Source: Eledone cirrhosa (lineage: Eukaryota). Taken from it: a stretch of 64,000 nt of DNA. The notes beneath the pieces were generated by a model. The model ran no database searches. It had not been told where the DNA came from and saw nothing but the letters and a program-made list of their open reading frames with translations. How positions within the stretch are numbered: position 1 is the stretch's first letter; every line of letters starts with the position of its first letter. This document shows, one piece after another, positions 50,528 to 63,310 of the stretch. The position numbers and the translations under genes are program-made. The stretch covers positions 12,090,001-12,154,000 of the forward strand of contig OZ024759.1 in assembly GCA_964016885.1 (NCBI GenBank), in the 5' to 3' direction.

Positions 50528-50875
50528 GGAGGCACATGGCTTAGTGGTTAGAGCATTGGCCTTGCAATCGAAAAGTTGTAAGTTCAATTCTCAGACCGGG
50601 TGATGAGTTGTTTCCTTGAGCAAGACACTTTATTTCACATTGCTCCAGTTTACTCAGCTGTAGAAATGAGATGATAGGGACTGGGGTCCCTATCATTCCA
50701 CTGCAAAGTGGTCGTGGAGGTGCCATGGCAAAAAAGCACCCAGCACTCACTGTAAATGAGGTTGGTGTTAGGAAGGGCATCCAGCTGTAGAAATCAAGCC
50801 AGAATCAGTTCCCGTCCCACCCTTGCAAGCAGGGAAAAGTGGACGTAAAATAAAGAAGATGATGATGATGAATGA
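50528..50875 (+). mobile_element. tRNA-derived SINE family 2, full length, with RTE-like 3' end and (GAT)n tail. Related pieces at 5640-5816(-), 36795-36930, 41120-41480, 41855-42110, 63540-63755(-)
   Basis: TGGCTTAGTGG A-box, GTTCAATTC B-box, central TCCTTGAGCAAGACACTT domain, tail shared with the RTE fragments. Confidence 0.85.
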
Positions 50876-51189
50876 TGATATACATATATATATATATGTG
50901 TATATGTATATATATACATATACATATACATATAGCAACGGTTGGAAACATCTTAAGACCAAATCAGTACTGAAGCAGGATCTCATGACCTCCCAGAGAG
51001 ATGCAGTGCACCACATCTGTCTGGGAGGTCAGTAGACCTGTCTAACCCTTGCTAGCAGGGATACTGGATGTTAGATGATGATGATAATGATACATATATC
51101 GACACACTTATACTCCCAAAACAGCACTGGCCCTCTAAACATCCAATAATGATTTCGCAGAAAATATCTAAAAACAAGTTTGTTAATTC

Positions 51190-53900
51190 AAATGTTTATA
51201 GTGTCTTTCCTAATGGACAGATTGTTGTAAACATGAGCAAGAAACTAATGTAAAGACTTTAATATTAAATGTAATACAGTCATGGTGTTGTTTTGTAATT
51301 ATCAAGAGCATCTTCTTAGTGTGGTTTCAAATAGTTTGTTAATTCAAATGTTATCTTTAGTAGTAGACAGATTGTTGTGAAAATTTACAGTATTAGAGTA
51401 AAGACTTTAATATTTAATGTGAAGCAGTCATAGTGTTGTTTTGTTCTAAGTGTTTATAGTATCTTTACTAGTGGACAGATTGTTGTGAAAATTTACAGTA
51501 TTAGAGTAAAGACTTTAATATTTAATGTGATGCAGTCATAGTGTTGTTTTGTACTAAATGTCTATAGTATCTTTACCAGTGGACAGATTGTTGTGAAAAT
51601 TTGCAGTATTAGAGTAAAGACTTTAATATTTAATGTGATGCAGTCATAGTGTTGTTTTGTACTAAATATTTATAGTATCTTTACTAGCGGATAGATTGTT
51701 GTGAAAATTTGCAGTATTAGAGTAAAGACTTTAATATTTAATGTGATGCAGTCATAGTGTTGTTTTGTACTAAATGTTTATAGTATCTTTAGTAGTAGAC
51801 AGATTGTTGTGAAAATTTACAGTATTATAGTAAAGACTTTAATATTTAATGTGATGCAGTCATAGTGTTGTTTTGTATTAAATGTTTATAGTATCTTTAC
51901 TAGTGGACAGATTGTTGTGAAAATTTACAGTATTATAGTAAAGACTTTAATATTTAATGTGATGTAGTCATAATGTTGTTTTGTACTAAATGTTTATAGT
52001 ATCTTTACTAATAAACAGAAAGACTTTAGTATTTGTAATGTGATGTGGTCATAGTGCGGTTTTGTATTTTTCTAGAATGTCTTGTTAATGTGGTTTAATT
52101 CAAATATTTATATTATCTTTACTAGTAGACAGAAAGACTAATAGTTAATGTGATAAAGTGATAGTATTGTTTTGTACTAAATATTTATAGTATCTTTACT
52201 AGTAGACAGAAAGACTAATATTTAATGTGATAAAGTCATAGTATTGTTTTGTACTAAATATTTATAGTATCTTTACTAGTAGACAGAAAGACTAATAGTT
52301 AATGTGATAAAGTCATAGTATTGTTTTGTACTAAATATTTATAGTATCTTTACTAGTTGACAGAAAGACTAATATTTAATGTGATAAAGTATTGTTTTGT
52401 ACTAAATATTTATAGTATCTTTACTAGTAGACAGAAAGACTAATAGTTAATGTGATAAAGTGATAGTATTGTTTTGTACTAAATATTTATAGTATCTTTA
52501 CTAGTAGACAGAAAGACTAATAGTTAATGTGATAAAGTCATAGTATTGTTTTGTACTAAATATTTATAGTATCTTTACTAGTTGACAGAAAAACTAATAT
52601 TTAATGTGATAAAGTATTGTTTTGTACTAAATATTTATAGTATCTTTACTAGTTGACAGAAAAACTAATATTTAATGTGATAAAGTATTGTTTTGTACTA
52701 AATATTTATAGTATCTTTACTAGTAGACAGAAAGACTAATAGTTAATGTGATAAAGTCATAGTATTGTTTTGTACTAAATATTTATAGTATCTTTACTAG
52801 TAGACAGAAAGACTAATAGTTAATGTGATAAAGTCATAGTATTGTTTTGTACTAAATATTTATAGTATCTTTACTAGTAGACAGAAAGACTAATATTTAA
52901 TGTGATAAAGTCATAGTATTGTTTTGTACTAAATATTTATAGTATCTTTACTAGTAGACAGAAAGACTAATATTTAATGTGATAAAGTCATAGTATTGTT
53001 TTGTACTAAATATTTATAGTATCTTTAGTAGTAGACAGAAAGACTAATAGTTAATGTGATAAAGTGATAGTATTGTTTTGTACTAAATATTTATAGTATC
53101 TTTACTAGTAGACAGAAAGACTAATAGTTAATGTTATACAGTCATAGTATTGTTTTGTACTAAATATTTATAATATCTTTACTAGTAGACAGAAAGACTA
53201 ATAGTTAATGTGATAAAGTCATAGTATTGTTTTGCACTAAATATTTATAGTATCTTTACTAGTAGACAGAAAGACTAATATTTAATGTGATAAAGTCATA
53301 GTATTGTTTTGTACTAAATATTTATAGTATCTTTACTAGTAGACAGAAAGACTAATATTTAATGTGATAAAGTCATAGTATTGTTTTGTACTAAATATTT
53401 ATAGTATCTTTACTAGTAGACAGAAAGACTAATATTTAATGTGATAAAGTATTGTTTTGTACTAAATATTTATAGTATCTTTACTAGTAGACAGAAAGAC
53501 TAATATTTAATGTGATAAAGTATTGTTTTGTACTAAATATTTATAGTATCTTTACTAGTAGACAGAAAGACTAATATTTAATATGATAAAGTATTGTTTT
53601 GTACTAAATATTTATAGTATCTTTACTAGTAGACAGAAAGACTAATATTTAATGTGATAAAGTATTGTTTTGTACTAAATATTTATAGTATCTTTACTAG
53701 TAGACAGAAAGACTAATATTTAATGTTATACAGTCATAGTATTGTTTTGTACTAAATATTTATAGTATCTTTACTAGTAGACAGAAAGACTAATATTTAA
53801 TGTGATAAAGTATTGTTTTGTACTAAATATTTATAGTATCTTTACTAGTAGACAGAAAGACTAATATTTAATGTGATAAAGTCATAGTATTGTTTTGTAG
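51190..53900. repeat. AT-rich satellite with 108-, 77- and 71-bp unit domains, in LSM11 intron 3
   Basis: Shared core TTGTTTTGTACTAAATATTTATAGTATCTTTACTAGTAGACAGA. Confidence 0.95.
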
Positions 53901-54036
53901 TTTGCAAGAATGTCTAATGTGGTTTCATGTGGTACAGGATTTTAAGAGTTAAAAGGTAAAAACAGTGGGGAAAAATCTGAAGTGGCTGCAAGTGAGAGGG
54001 GTCAACAACTGTAAAATGGAACATCAAATATCATAC

Positions 54037-54105
54037 CTTGATATCTCTTTTCCGTTTTGTAGGAAAAACTGGTTTCCGATATGTTTCATCAACATCTATC
54101 ATTGC
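54037..54105 (-). CDS. LSM11: LSM11 exon 3
   Basis: ATCACAG| then AMIDVDETYRKPVFPTKRKRDIK then |GTATGA; phase 0/0; DVDETY ends Sm1 in LSM11. Confidence 0.9.
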
Positions 54106-54134
54106 CTGTGATAATAAAGGAAAGTAATATAACA

Positions 54135-54187
54135 ATGGTGATGGTGATGGTGTTGATGATGGTGGTGGTCGGTGGTGGTGGTGGTGT

Positions 54188-54218
<31 letters not shown>

Positions 54219-55720
54219 GTTGATGATGGTGATGGTGATGTCGGTGGTGGTGGTGATGATGATGATGGTGATGATGTCGGTGGTGGTGGTGGTGATGATG
54301 ATGATGGTGATGGTGATGGTGGTGGTGTTGATGATGATGATGGTGATGGTGATGATCATGATGATGTCGGTGGTGGTGGTGTTGATGATGGTGATGATGA
54401 TGATGTCGGTGGTGGTGGTGTTGATGATGGTGATGGTGATGATGTCGGTGGTGGTGGTGTTGATGATGGTGATGATGTCGGTGGTGGTGGTGTTGATGAT
54501 GGTGGTGGTGGTGTTGGTGATGGTGATGATGATGATGTCGGTGGTGGTGGTGATGATGATGTTGATGGTGATGGTGTTGATGGTGGTGGTGTTGATGTCG
54601 GTGGTGGTGGTGTTGGTGATGGTGATGTCGGTGGTGGTGGTGTTGATGATGGTGATGGTGATGATGTCGGTGGTGGTGGTGTTGATGATGGTGATGATGA
54701 TGATGTCGGTGGTGGTGGTGTTGATGATGGTGATGATGTCGGTGGTGGTGGTGGTGGTGTTGATGATGGTGATGATGATGATGTCAGTGGTGGTGGTGTT
54801 GATGATGATGATGTCGGTGGTGGTGGTGTTGATGATGGTGATGGTGATGATGTCGGTGGTGGTGTTGATGATGGTGATGGTGATGATGTCGGTGGTGGTG
54901 GTGTTGATGATGGTGATGGTGATGATGTCGGTGGTGGTGGTGTTGATGATGATGATGGTCATGATGTCGGTGGTGGTGGTGTTGATGATGATGATGGTCA
55001 TGATGTCGGTGGTGGTGGTGTTGATGATGATGATGGTCATGATGTCGGTGGTGGTGGTGTTGATGATGATGATGGTCATGATGTCGGTGGTGGTGGTGTT
55101 GATGATGATGATGATGTCGGTGGTGGTGGTGGTGGTGTTGATGATGATGGTGATGATGATGTTGATGGTAATGGTGTTGATGATGGTGATGTCGGTGGTG
55201 GTGGTGTTGATGATGGTGATGATGATGATGTTGGTGGTGGTGGTGTTGATGATGGTGATGATGATGATGTCAGTGGTGGTGGTGTTGATGATGATGATGT
55301 CGGTGGTGGTGGTGTTGATGATGGTGATGGTGATGATGTCGGTGGTGGTGGTGTTGATGATGGTGATGGTGATGATGTCGGTGGTGGTGGTGTTGATGAT
55401 GATGATGGTCATGATGTCGGTGGTGGTGGTGTTGATGATGATGATGGTCATAATGTCGGTGGTGGTGGTGTTGATGATGGTGATGATGTCGGTGGTGGTG
55501 GTGTTGATGATGATGATGGTCATGATGTCGGTGGTGGTGGTGTTGATGATGGTGATGATGTCGGTGGTGGTGGTGTTGATGATGGTGATGATGTCGGTGG
55601 TGGTGGTGTTGATGATGGTGATGATGATGTTGATGGTGTTGATGATGGTGATGGTGATGATGTTGATGGTGTTGGTGTTGATGATGGTGATGATGATGAT
55701 GATGATGTCGGTGGTGGGAT
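54135..55720. repeat. Compound (GAT/GGT/GTT/GTC) triplet repeat in LSM11 intron 2
   Basis: About 1.6 kb with a higher-order GATGTCGGTGGTGGTGGTGTTGATGAT unit. Confidence 0.95.
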
Positions 55721-56162
55721 GAGGTGATAAAAGTTTGAGATGTCCAACTGCACCTCTCAACAGCGATGACAGAGGACCGTGACCTCAGGCATCACGCAGT
55801 AATACAGAAGACCCGACCCCCCACGGGTACAAGCCGAAGCTGAAGCATATAGACAATATGCCCCCACCCCCTCCCTCTGCAAAGTTGTCGTGGAGGCGCC
55901 ACGGAAAAAAAGCACCCAGCACTCACTGTAAATGAGGTTGGTGTTAGGAAGGGCATCCAGCTGTAGAAATCAAGCTAGAATCAGTTCCCGTATGAGCAAG
56001 GCAAGGTCAGCCGATCGGACACTGCCCAAAACAGGACAACCCGTCTAACCCATGCTAGTGTGTAAGAATGGACGTAAAACGGTGATGATGATGATGATGA
56101 TATATGTACCAGATTTAAATGTTATACTATAAATGACAATATAATTATATATATATATATAC

Positions 56163-56305
56163 CAGATTCAGATGTTTATCATAGGCGACAATAAACCCTT
56201 GACAGAATCCTCGAATATAACCAGCACTTCTAGTCCATACTTTTACCCGATGTTTCTCATAAACGCATCGTCTTAATAATGACAATGGTCCTACATGATC
56301 TCGAG
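56163..56305 (-). CDS. LSM11: LSM11 exon 2 (Sm motif 1)
   Basis: TTTCTCAG| then GPLSLLRRCVYEKHRVKVWTRSAGYIRGFCQGFIVAYDKHLNL then |GTATAT. Confidence 0.92.
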
Positions 56306-56411
56306 CTGAGAAAGAAAAAAGAAAATAGTGAAATAAATTATGGAGAAGACTTCATTTAACAAACAACACAAAATATTTTTACTTTCAAATGCAAAAATAT
56401 AACAAATGTAA

Positions 56412-57022
56412 CATGGTCAGGTCAGGTCAGCTACTGGTACCATGTAACCCAGTACAACCTGCTACATGGTCATGTCAGGCCTGCTACTGGTACCATGTAA
56501 CCCAGTACAACCTGCTACATGTACCATGTAGTCCAGTACAACCTGCTACATGGTCAGGTCAGGCCTGTTACTGGTACCATGTAACCCAGTACAACCTGCT
56601 ACATGGTCAGGTCAGGACTGCTACTGGTACCATGTAACCCAGTACAATCTGCTACATGGGCATGTCAGGCCTTCTACTAGTACCATGTAACCCAGTACAA
56701 CCTGCTACATGGTCAGGTCAGGCCGGTTACTGGTATCATATAACCCAGTTCAACCTACTACATGGTCAGGTCAGGACTGCTACTGGTACCATGTAACCCA
56801 GTACAACCTGCTACATGATCAGGTCAGGCCTGCTACTGGTACCATGTAATCCAGTACAACCTGCTACATGGTCAGGTCAGGCCTGCTACTGGTACCATGT
56901 AATCCAGTACAACCTGCTACATGGTCAGGTCAGGCCTGCTACTGGTACCATGTAATCCAGTACAACCTGCTACATGGTCAGGTCAGGCCTGCTACTGGTA
57001 CCATGTAATCCAGTACAACCTG
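56412..57022. repeat. 53-bp array, ~11 copies, in LSM11 intron 1
   Basis: Unit CATGGTCAGGTCAGGCCTGCTACTGGTACCATGTAATCCAGTACAACCTGCTA. Confidence 0.95.
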
Positions 57023-57250
57023 GCTCCCCCAACAGACCCTGGTCTGGTGAAAACGAGCTGTTAAAAAGTGCGAATGAACTCCTCTGAGTTCACGGCAATC
57101 CACCTCAACCTGCAATTGGCCAAGCGTGCTGAGTATGGCAACAATATATAACCAAAACCAAACAAAAAGCGGTGGAAGTCAATCAGAGAAGGGTTCCTCC
57201 AACAAGGTGCTGGATATAAATTGGATTGGTGTAAAAGTAAAACGACTTAC

Positions 57251-57617
57251 TTTCCATTCGAGTGAAGATATTTCTGTCATGTCTAGATGGTTGTTTATCG
57301 GAAGTATGAGGTTGTTCAGTCGAAGTATCTGTGGTTTGGTCAGCTGGAACTGGCTGATCATCTTTAGTTCTGTTGTCATCTTCCCGTTTCCGTGTCTGGC
57401 TGTTGTCACCACTAGTAGAAGCTGTGGCCTGTTTCTTGGCCGCTGACGTCCGAGTCACCAATGAATGGTACTCAGCTAAGTTATTAAGTGTCTTTATGTT
57501 GGGATATGGAACTGGAAGGTTCCCCAAACGTAAAGCAAGAACTGGATTAAAATTGGGAGATTCAAAATCTAGTTCGCCTTCAACATTTTCTTCTTCGTCG
57601 TCCGATTTTTCCGCCAT
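57251..57617 (-). CDS. LSM11: U7 snRNP-specific Sm-like protein LSM11, exon 1
   Basis: LDFESPNFNPVLAL..PVPYPNIKTLNNLAEY (conserved LSM11 N-terminus) and RNIFTRM; phase-1 donor A|GTAAGT. Confidence 0.92.
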
Positions 57618-57785
57618 GTCAATTGAAATGAAGATGCCATGATTTTAAATTTTTAGTTGTAGTTTCGTAAAAAATTTCTGCGTTTTTATTTTCTCAATAA
57701 ATTAACAACGAAAAATGTATGTATATATAATAATAATATTATTGAAAATTATTTTCTAGTGCTCAAGTGCACTACAAAACACGCG

Positions 57786-57839
<54 letters not shown>

Positions 57840-60645
57840 TTATTTAGAAAACGTGAGAGAAGCACAAACACAAACACAATTCCCGCTTGTATATATAAAC
57901 ACAATTTTGAAATGAATATGATTTATGAAAGAAACAATTCACTGTTCAGATTGCGATATATAGATGCATAATTATATGACTCGCTTCACATCACGACGTA
58001 ATTTTTCATGGCAACAATAAGGTGTAGTGTATCTGAGCACTGTACACAATAATTTCATTATTATTTCATAATAGTAGATAAATCACTACCTCCTTATGGA
58101 TAAGTGATGCTGTACAGCATGTCCGAACACAGAAGAGCCGAACTCCCACTGTCATCTCTCTCTATTATGAGCAAATGGGGTCCCACGTGCTGGCCGCCCC
58201 ATGGCCCCGGCGAACAGAATGGAGAAGGCGTTTACCCGGAGGATGGTAAGGGAAATGCGCTGGAAGAGCAATTCCATCTCGCGAGGCTCACACCTGCGGC
58301 TGGCCAGCTCAGCGCCTATGGTGGTAAGTAGGGAGGTAGCCCTAGGGCCAAGGACACCAGAAATCTCCACTGCAAACCTGTCGGAGAGCGATCGATACTT
58401 GGAGTGTTAAACAGGGTCAGCTCGGTTGCGGCTGGAGAATGTGTCGCTGCAAGTGGCATCCCAGAGGAAGGGTTTACCACACGGTGGGATTTGAACTCAG
58501 AGTATAATAATAATTGTTTCTACTTTTGGCACAAGGCCAGCAGTTATCCAGTGTATTACTGGTACTTTATTTTATCGACCCTGTAAGGATGAAAGGCAAA
58601 GTTAACCTCGGCTAATAATAATAATAGTTATAAACGAAAGATATATCCTTTATATCATCTCTATTTATTTCGAAGATGTAAAGTTTATGTATAACATAAA
58701 GCAAAACATGTTCTCCTCAGACAAAATATATAAAAAACAAACGAACTGGACAGATCAGTGACCACCAGGTATAATAAATAAATATATATATATATACAAT
58801 GATATTAAATAAATGGAAACTATATTTATAAAAACATTTATATTTGTTGAATTACCAACAAATTGAATATCTCTTCTGCTTATATATGTATATATATATG
58901 TGTGTGTGTGTAAGTATGTATGAATGTATAGGTGTGTATCTCCTTTAGTTGATCAGTTCAGCCACTAGAGGTCACTACGTGTATTTTATTGTCCGTTGTC
59001 CTGTAACAGGTTGTTTTCTTTGGCAGAAATAGCAGTCATGTTCTCACAGTCCGCTCATGCAGCGTGGGAGGTTATCTCCCTTGATTATTTCTTTAGTTGA
59101 GGAGTTCAGCCACTAGAGGTCAGGACATGTATTTTATTGTCTGTTGTCCTATAACTGGTTGTTTTCTCTTGCAGAAATAACAGCCAGGTTCTTCTCCTAT
59201 TACACTATTTTCTTAAAAATAAACCAAGACCACATTAGATGATGTAGCTTTATATACTCTAGGTGGGTCGGTCATGACTGGAATGTCTTTTTATCGTATA
59301 TCTATATTGTATATGATCTGTTTAATGACGACGAAAGCAAATAATAATAATTGTTTCTACTTTTGGCACAAGGCCAGCAAATTAACCAGTGTATTACTGG
59401 TACTTTATTTTATCGACCCCGTAAGGATGAAAGGCAAAGTTAAGCTCGGCGGGATTTGAACTCAGTGGATAATAATGATTCCTAGTTTTAGCACAAGGCT
59501 AGCATTTGGGGAGAAAGAGAGGTGAAAGTTAATTATATCGACCCCCAGTATTTATGTTAATTCCATATAAACATATAGTAATAATAATAATTGTTTCTAC
59601 TTTAGGCACAAGGCCAGCAATTAACCAGTGCATTACTGGTACTTTATTTTATTGACCCCGTAAGGATGAAAGGCAAAGTCAACCTCGGCGGGATTTGAAC
59701 TCAGATCGTAAAGGGACTGATAATAATAATAGATTTTATGGGCAAAACCGACCGGCGGGAGACTCAGGGGCAGACTCCGAGCAAGATGGTTGGATAACAT
59801 CCATGAGCTTGGCTGTTCTCGCAATAACGAATTATTTTATGTGTGAACAACATAAATGCCGTTGTGGGGCAGTCGTTAACAAGTTTAGCCTTCACCACAG
59901 CGCAAGCCGGTTCCTCCTGACACGCCGCTCTCAACGACATAGTAAGGAGCTTGGACGCAGCTGGCTTCCCATCACAACTGGAGCCAGCAGCCTCGACCGC
60001 AGAAACGGCAAGCGCCCCGACGGCATTACCCTCCTCCCATTCAAAGCAGGTAGATCCCTCATCAGACACGTTCTCTGCTCCAATTTAGTCACTTCGGCCA
60101 CAAACGCCGGTACCGCGGCCCGCAATACAGAGGAAGGAAAGATAAACAAATACTGGGGATTGTCCGGCCGCTTCCTCTTCAAACCTGTCGTCGTCGAGAC
60201 CTCAGACGTACTTGGACCTCTTACTACCGAGCTCCTTCGCAAGATCGTAAAGTCAGCAACCCGTCCGAGGAAGGAGCCCTACGAGGTGGGGTAACTGTAG
60301 CAGCTGGTGTTCGTGGCAATTGTCCGTGAGGCCCTATGCCCAGAGGCCATCACCCTCCCGACCATTTTCTTCTGTGGCCCTAGACTCCTTGTTTCTCCCT
60401 TCATTTGGCTTTTATAACCCTTTCCTCTACTTTCCCACATCTGACCTTCTTCACCCCTTCCCCATTTGTAATGTTATTTATAAAATTGTAAATAAAGCTT
60501 TTACGTAATTGCAGAGAAAAAAAACAAACTAAAAATAACAACAACTAAAGTAAATTAGATACTTCCGGAATAAATATACTGCAGAAATAATATAAACAAA
60601 TCTGCAATAAAACTAAGACAGTAAAAATGATAAACTAGAGTTGTT

Positions 60646-60659
60646 GTCGTTATGGCAAC
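60646..60659. promoter_or_regulatory. RFX X-box
   Basis: GTCGTTATGGCAAC fits the 14-bp X-box pattern (perfect ATGGCAAC half-site), 36 nt before the ATG. Confidence 0.65.
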
Positions 60660-60695
60660 AAGGACGCGTCATAGCGAAACATTTTACGAGAGAAA

Positions 60696-60802
60696 ATGCC
60701 GCCGAAAAAACAGAAAAGGCAGAAAAAGAAAAAGAAGAAATCTTCGAAAAAGTCAACAAACATTTCCGAGAAATCCCTTAAAGAGACAATCTTAGAAAGA
60801 CA
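60696..60802 (+). CDS. First coding exon of an unidentified gene (MPPKKQKRQKKKKKK..KETILERQ); resembles N-termini of ciliary coiled-coil proteins; remainder probably lies beyond the window
   Basis: AAAATG start, MPPKK-type basic N-terminus, candidate donors at 60803 (GTTTGT) or 60807 (GTATTT), X-box just upstream. Confidence 0.6.
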
Positions 60803-61369
60803 GTTTGTATTTAATTTTAATTATTATTTTTATTATATTATTATATTCGTGACTCCCCAAAATAGCCCCCCGCCGCCTCCACCTTGACGGTTTATCTAAA
60901 TTCAAGTTTTTTTTTCTGTCAATATCAATAAATCGTTAATTAATAAAAAAAATAAATAAATAAACATAATCAATAATCAATAATCAATAAAGCAGCTAAT
61001 CATAATTGTTTCTACTTTTCGCACAAGGCCAGCAATATAAAGGGAAGGAAGGAATGGGGAAGACAATCAATAAAATTCACGCAGTATATTACTGGTACTT
61101 TATTTTATCGACCCCTGCGAAGATAAGAGGCAAAGGTAGACAGGCTAATACCACCAATCATCATCATTACTGTTTAACGTCTTATCTTTCCCACTAGCAT
61201 GGGTTAGACGGGTCCCATTTAGAGGCAACCACATTGATAGTGTGTGCTGGGTGCTTTTTGTCGTATCTTTTACATGTTCACTTTACAGTGTGGGCTGGGT
61301 GTTACCACTGAGGGGGGTGGATGAGAGGGGATAACAGGTTGAGGAAGGTGTTGCCTACTAGAGATAAGC

Positions 61370-61722
61370 CTCATCCCGAGAACAATAGAGGGCGGGTCTT
61401 CTGTAAAGCTTCATAGCACCAGAGGTCGCGGTCCTGAGTCATTGCTTTTGAGAGGTGTAATTGTGCAAGGTCAGCTTTTATTACCTCATCCCAAGTCTTC
61501 CTAGGCCTCCCCACACCACGGTTTCCATCGACTTTGAGCGCTCTGCACCTTATTATACAGCTGTCATCCTTCATACACTTCACATGTCCATACCAACGTA
61601 ATCTCCTCTTCTGCATGCAACAATTGATCCCTCTTAAGCCTAATTTCTCACACAGTGCTTTGCCGTTCACATATATTGCTATTGCACATCCAGTGAAGCA
61701 TGGAGGCTTCATTTCTTTCCAT
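61370..61722 (-). mobile_element. RTE-clade LINE fragment
   Basis: RRLRWYGHV..GRPRKTWDEVIKAD. Confidence 0.75.
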
Positions 61723-61771
61723 TACTATCATTACCACTGATAGTAATAATAGAATACTACTGCTGCTGCTG

Positions 61772-61819
<48 letters not shown>

Positions 61820-62089
61820 TTACTACTACCACTACCACCACCATTTCCTGGCATGTCTTCACCCATCAGTCATTGTCCATGTGTATCACATATCCATCAT
61901 CACCACATCATCACTCGTCGACTACTGTCGAGATGATGGATCTCACTCTCATGCCCCAGAATTCCCTGTCCCCCATCGCTGCCCCCAGGTCCTGTCTACT
62001 GATTCCTGTATCCCTAGAGATAACGTCAGGGAATGACAGCTTCCTACTCCAGCAATGAAATCATATCTGCTCTCTTGCTCTGGAACCCT

Positions 62090-63140
62090 GACATATCCAT
62101 ACTAACACAGTCTTCTCTCCTGCACACCATCACAGATTCACCTTAAGCACAGCTTCTCTCTCAGCTCATCCAAGCTCTTCCTTTCTCTTACATTTACATT
62201 GCACAGACAACGAAATATGGTTGCTTCATTTCTTTCCAGCCTACACATGTCCTCTGCAGTCACAGCCCATGTTTCACTACCATGTAGCACCACATGTCCT
62301 CTGCAGTCACAGCCCATGTTTCACTACCATGTAGCACCACATGTCCTCTGCAGTCACAGCCCATGTTTCACTACCATGTAGCATCACATATCCTCTGCAG
62401 TAACATCCCATGTTTCACTACCATGTAGCACCACATGTCATCTGCAGTCACAGCCCATGTTTCACTACCATGTAGCACCACATGTCCTCTGCAGTAACAT
62501 CCCATGTTTCACTACCATGTAGCCCCACTCGTCCTCTGCAGTCACAGCCCATGTTTCACTACCATGTAGCCCCACTCGTCCTCTACAGTAACATCCCATG
62601 TTTCACTACCATGTAGCACCACATGTTTCCTGCAGTAACATCCCATGTTTCACTACCATGTAGCACCACATGTCCTCTGCAGTCACAGCCCATGTTTAAC
62701 TACCATGCACCACACACAGGCGTCATAGAGCCTTCCTTTAGTACATAGAGAGAAACCTTTTGTTGTCAGTAGTGGGAAGAGTTCTCTAAACTTCTTCCCT
62801 CCTATCCTTAGTCTAGCTATTATACTCTCAGAGCATTCTCCTCTGCTGCTAATTAGATCACCTCGATAGCAGTAGCTATCAACCACATGTGTGGATCCTT
62901 CCAGTGACTGGGAAAGGTTTATAACATTGGCAATCTTCTTCTGTGCAGCTTCTACAAGCAAAGTTCTCCCTTCCTGTTAGTCTACTAGTTTTCCCACTAC
63001 ATATTTTGTGTACCCAAGATTTGTGTACATTGTATGGAGTTTATGTCTACTCCTTTTCTGCATATTGAACAGGGCCACTTCCCTGAGGGAATCTAGGTCC
63101 TGTCTTCTCTCCTACTCCCTAATACTTTAGTTCTGGCTAA
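62090..63140 (-). mobile_element. RTE-clade LINE fragment with an internal 47-bp array
   Basis: KKFRELFPLLTTKGFSLCTKGRLYDAC..HGSETW. Confidence 0.75.
62246..62712. repeat. 47-bp array, ~10 copies, inside an RTE ORF
   Basis: The minus strand of the unit encodes LHGSETWAVTAEDM. Confidence 0.95.
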
Positions 63141-63259
63141 GTTTATATATATATGTATATATATATATGTCCCACCCTTGCAAGCAGGGAAAAGCGGACG
63201 TAAGATGATGATGATGATGATGATATGACTACAACTGTTTCATTCGGGAGAAATCATCA

Positions 63260-63310
63260 GGCTTCCTGATGATTTCTCCAGAATGAAACAGTTCTAGTCC
63301 TGTAGAAGCC
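63260..63310 (+). ncRNA. Type I hammerhead ribozyme-like motif
   Basis: GGCTTC-CTGATGA-TTTCTCCAGAAT-GAA-ACAG-TTCTAGTC-CTGT-A-GAAGCC; perfect stems I and III, GUA triplet, weak stem II. Confidence 0.65.

Noticed and set aside
50528-50600. tRNA genes (also 1-90, 43975-44030, 46045-46135)
   Set aside because: A/B boxes are present but run straight into multi-copy SINE bodies; no complete cloverleaf.
54081-55760. ORFs of 516-553 aa (G/D/V, M/V, I/T rich)
   Set aside because: By-products of a triplet repeat inside an LSM11 intron; open on both strands and overlapping LSM11 exon 3.
58001-58015. Second X-box upstream of LSM11
   Set aside because: Only the ATGGCAAC half matches; the 5' GT is missing.
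44000-60600. U7 snRNA gene near LSM11
   Set aside because: No AATTTGTCTAG-type Sm site followed by a hairpin was noticed by eye; an Infernal search would be needed to exclude it.
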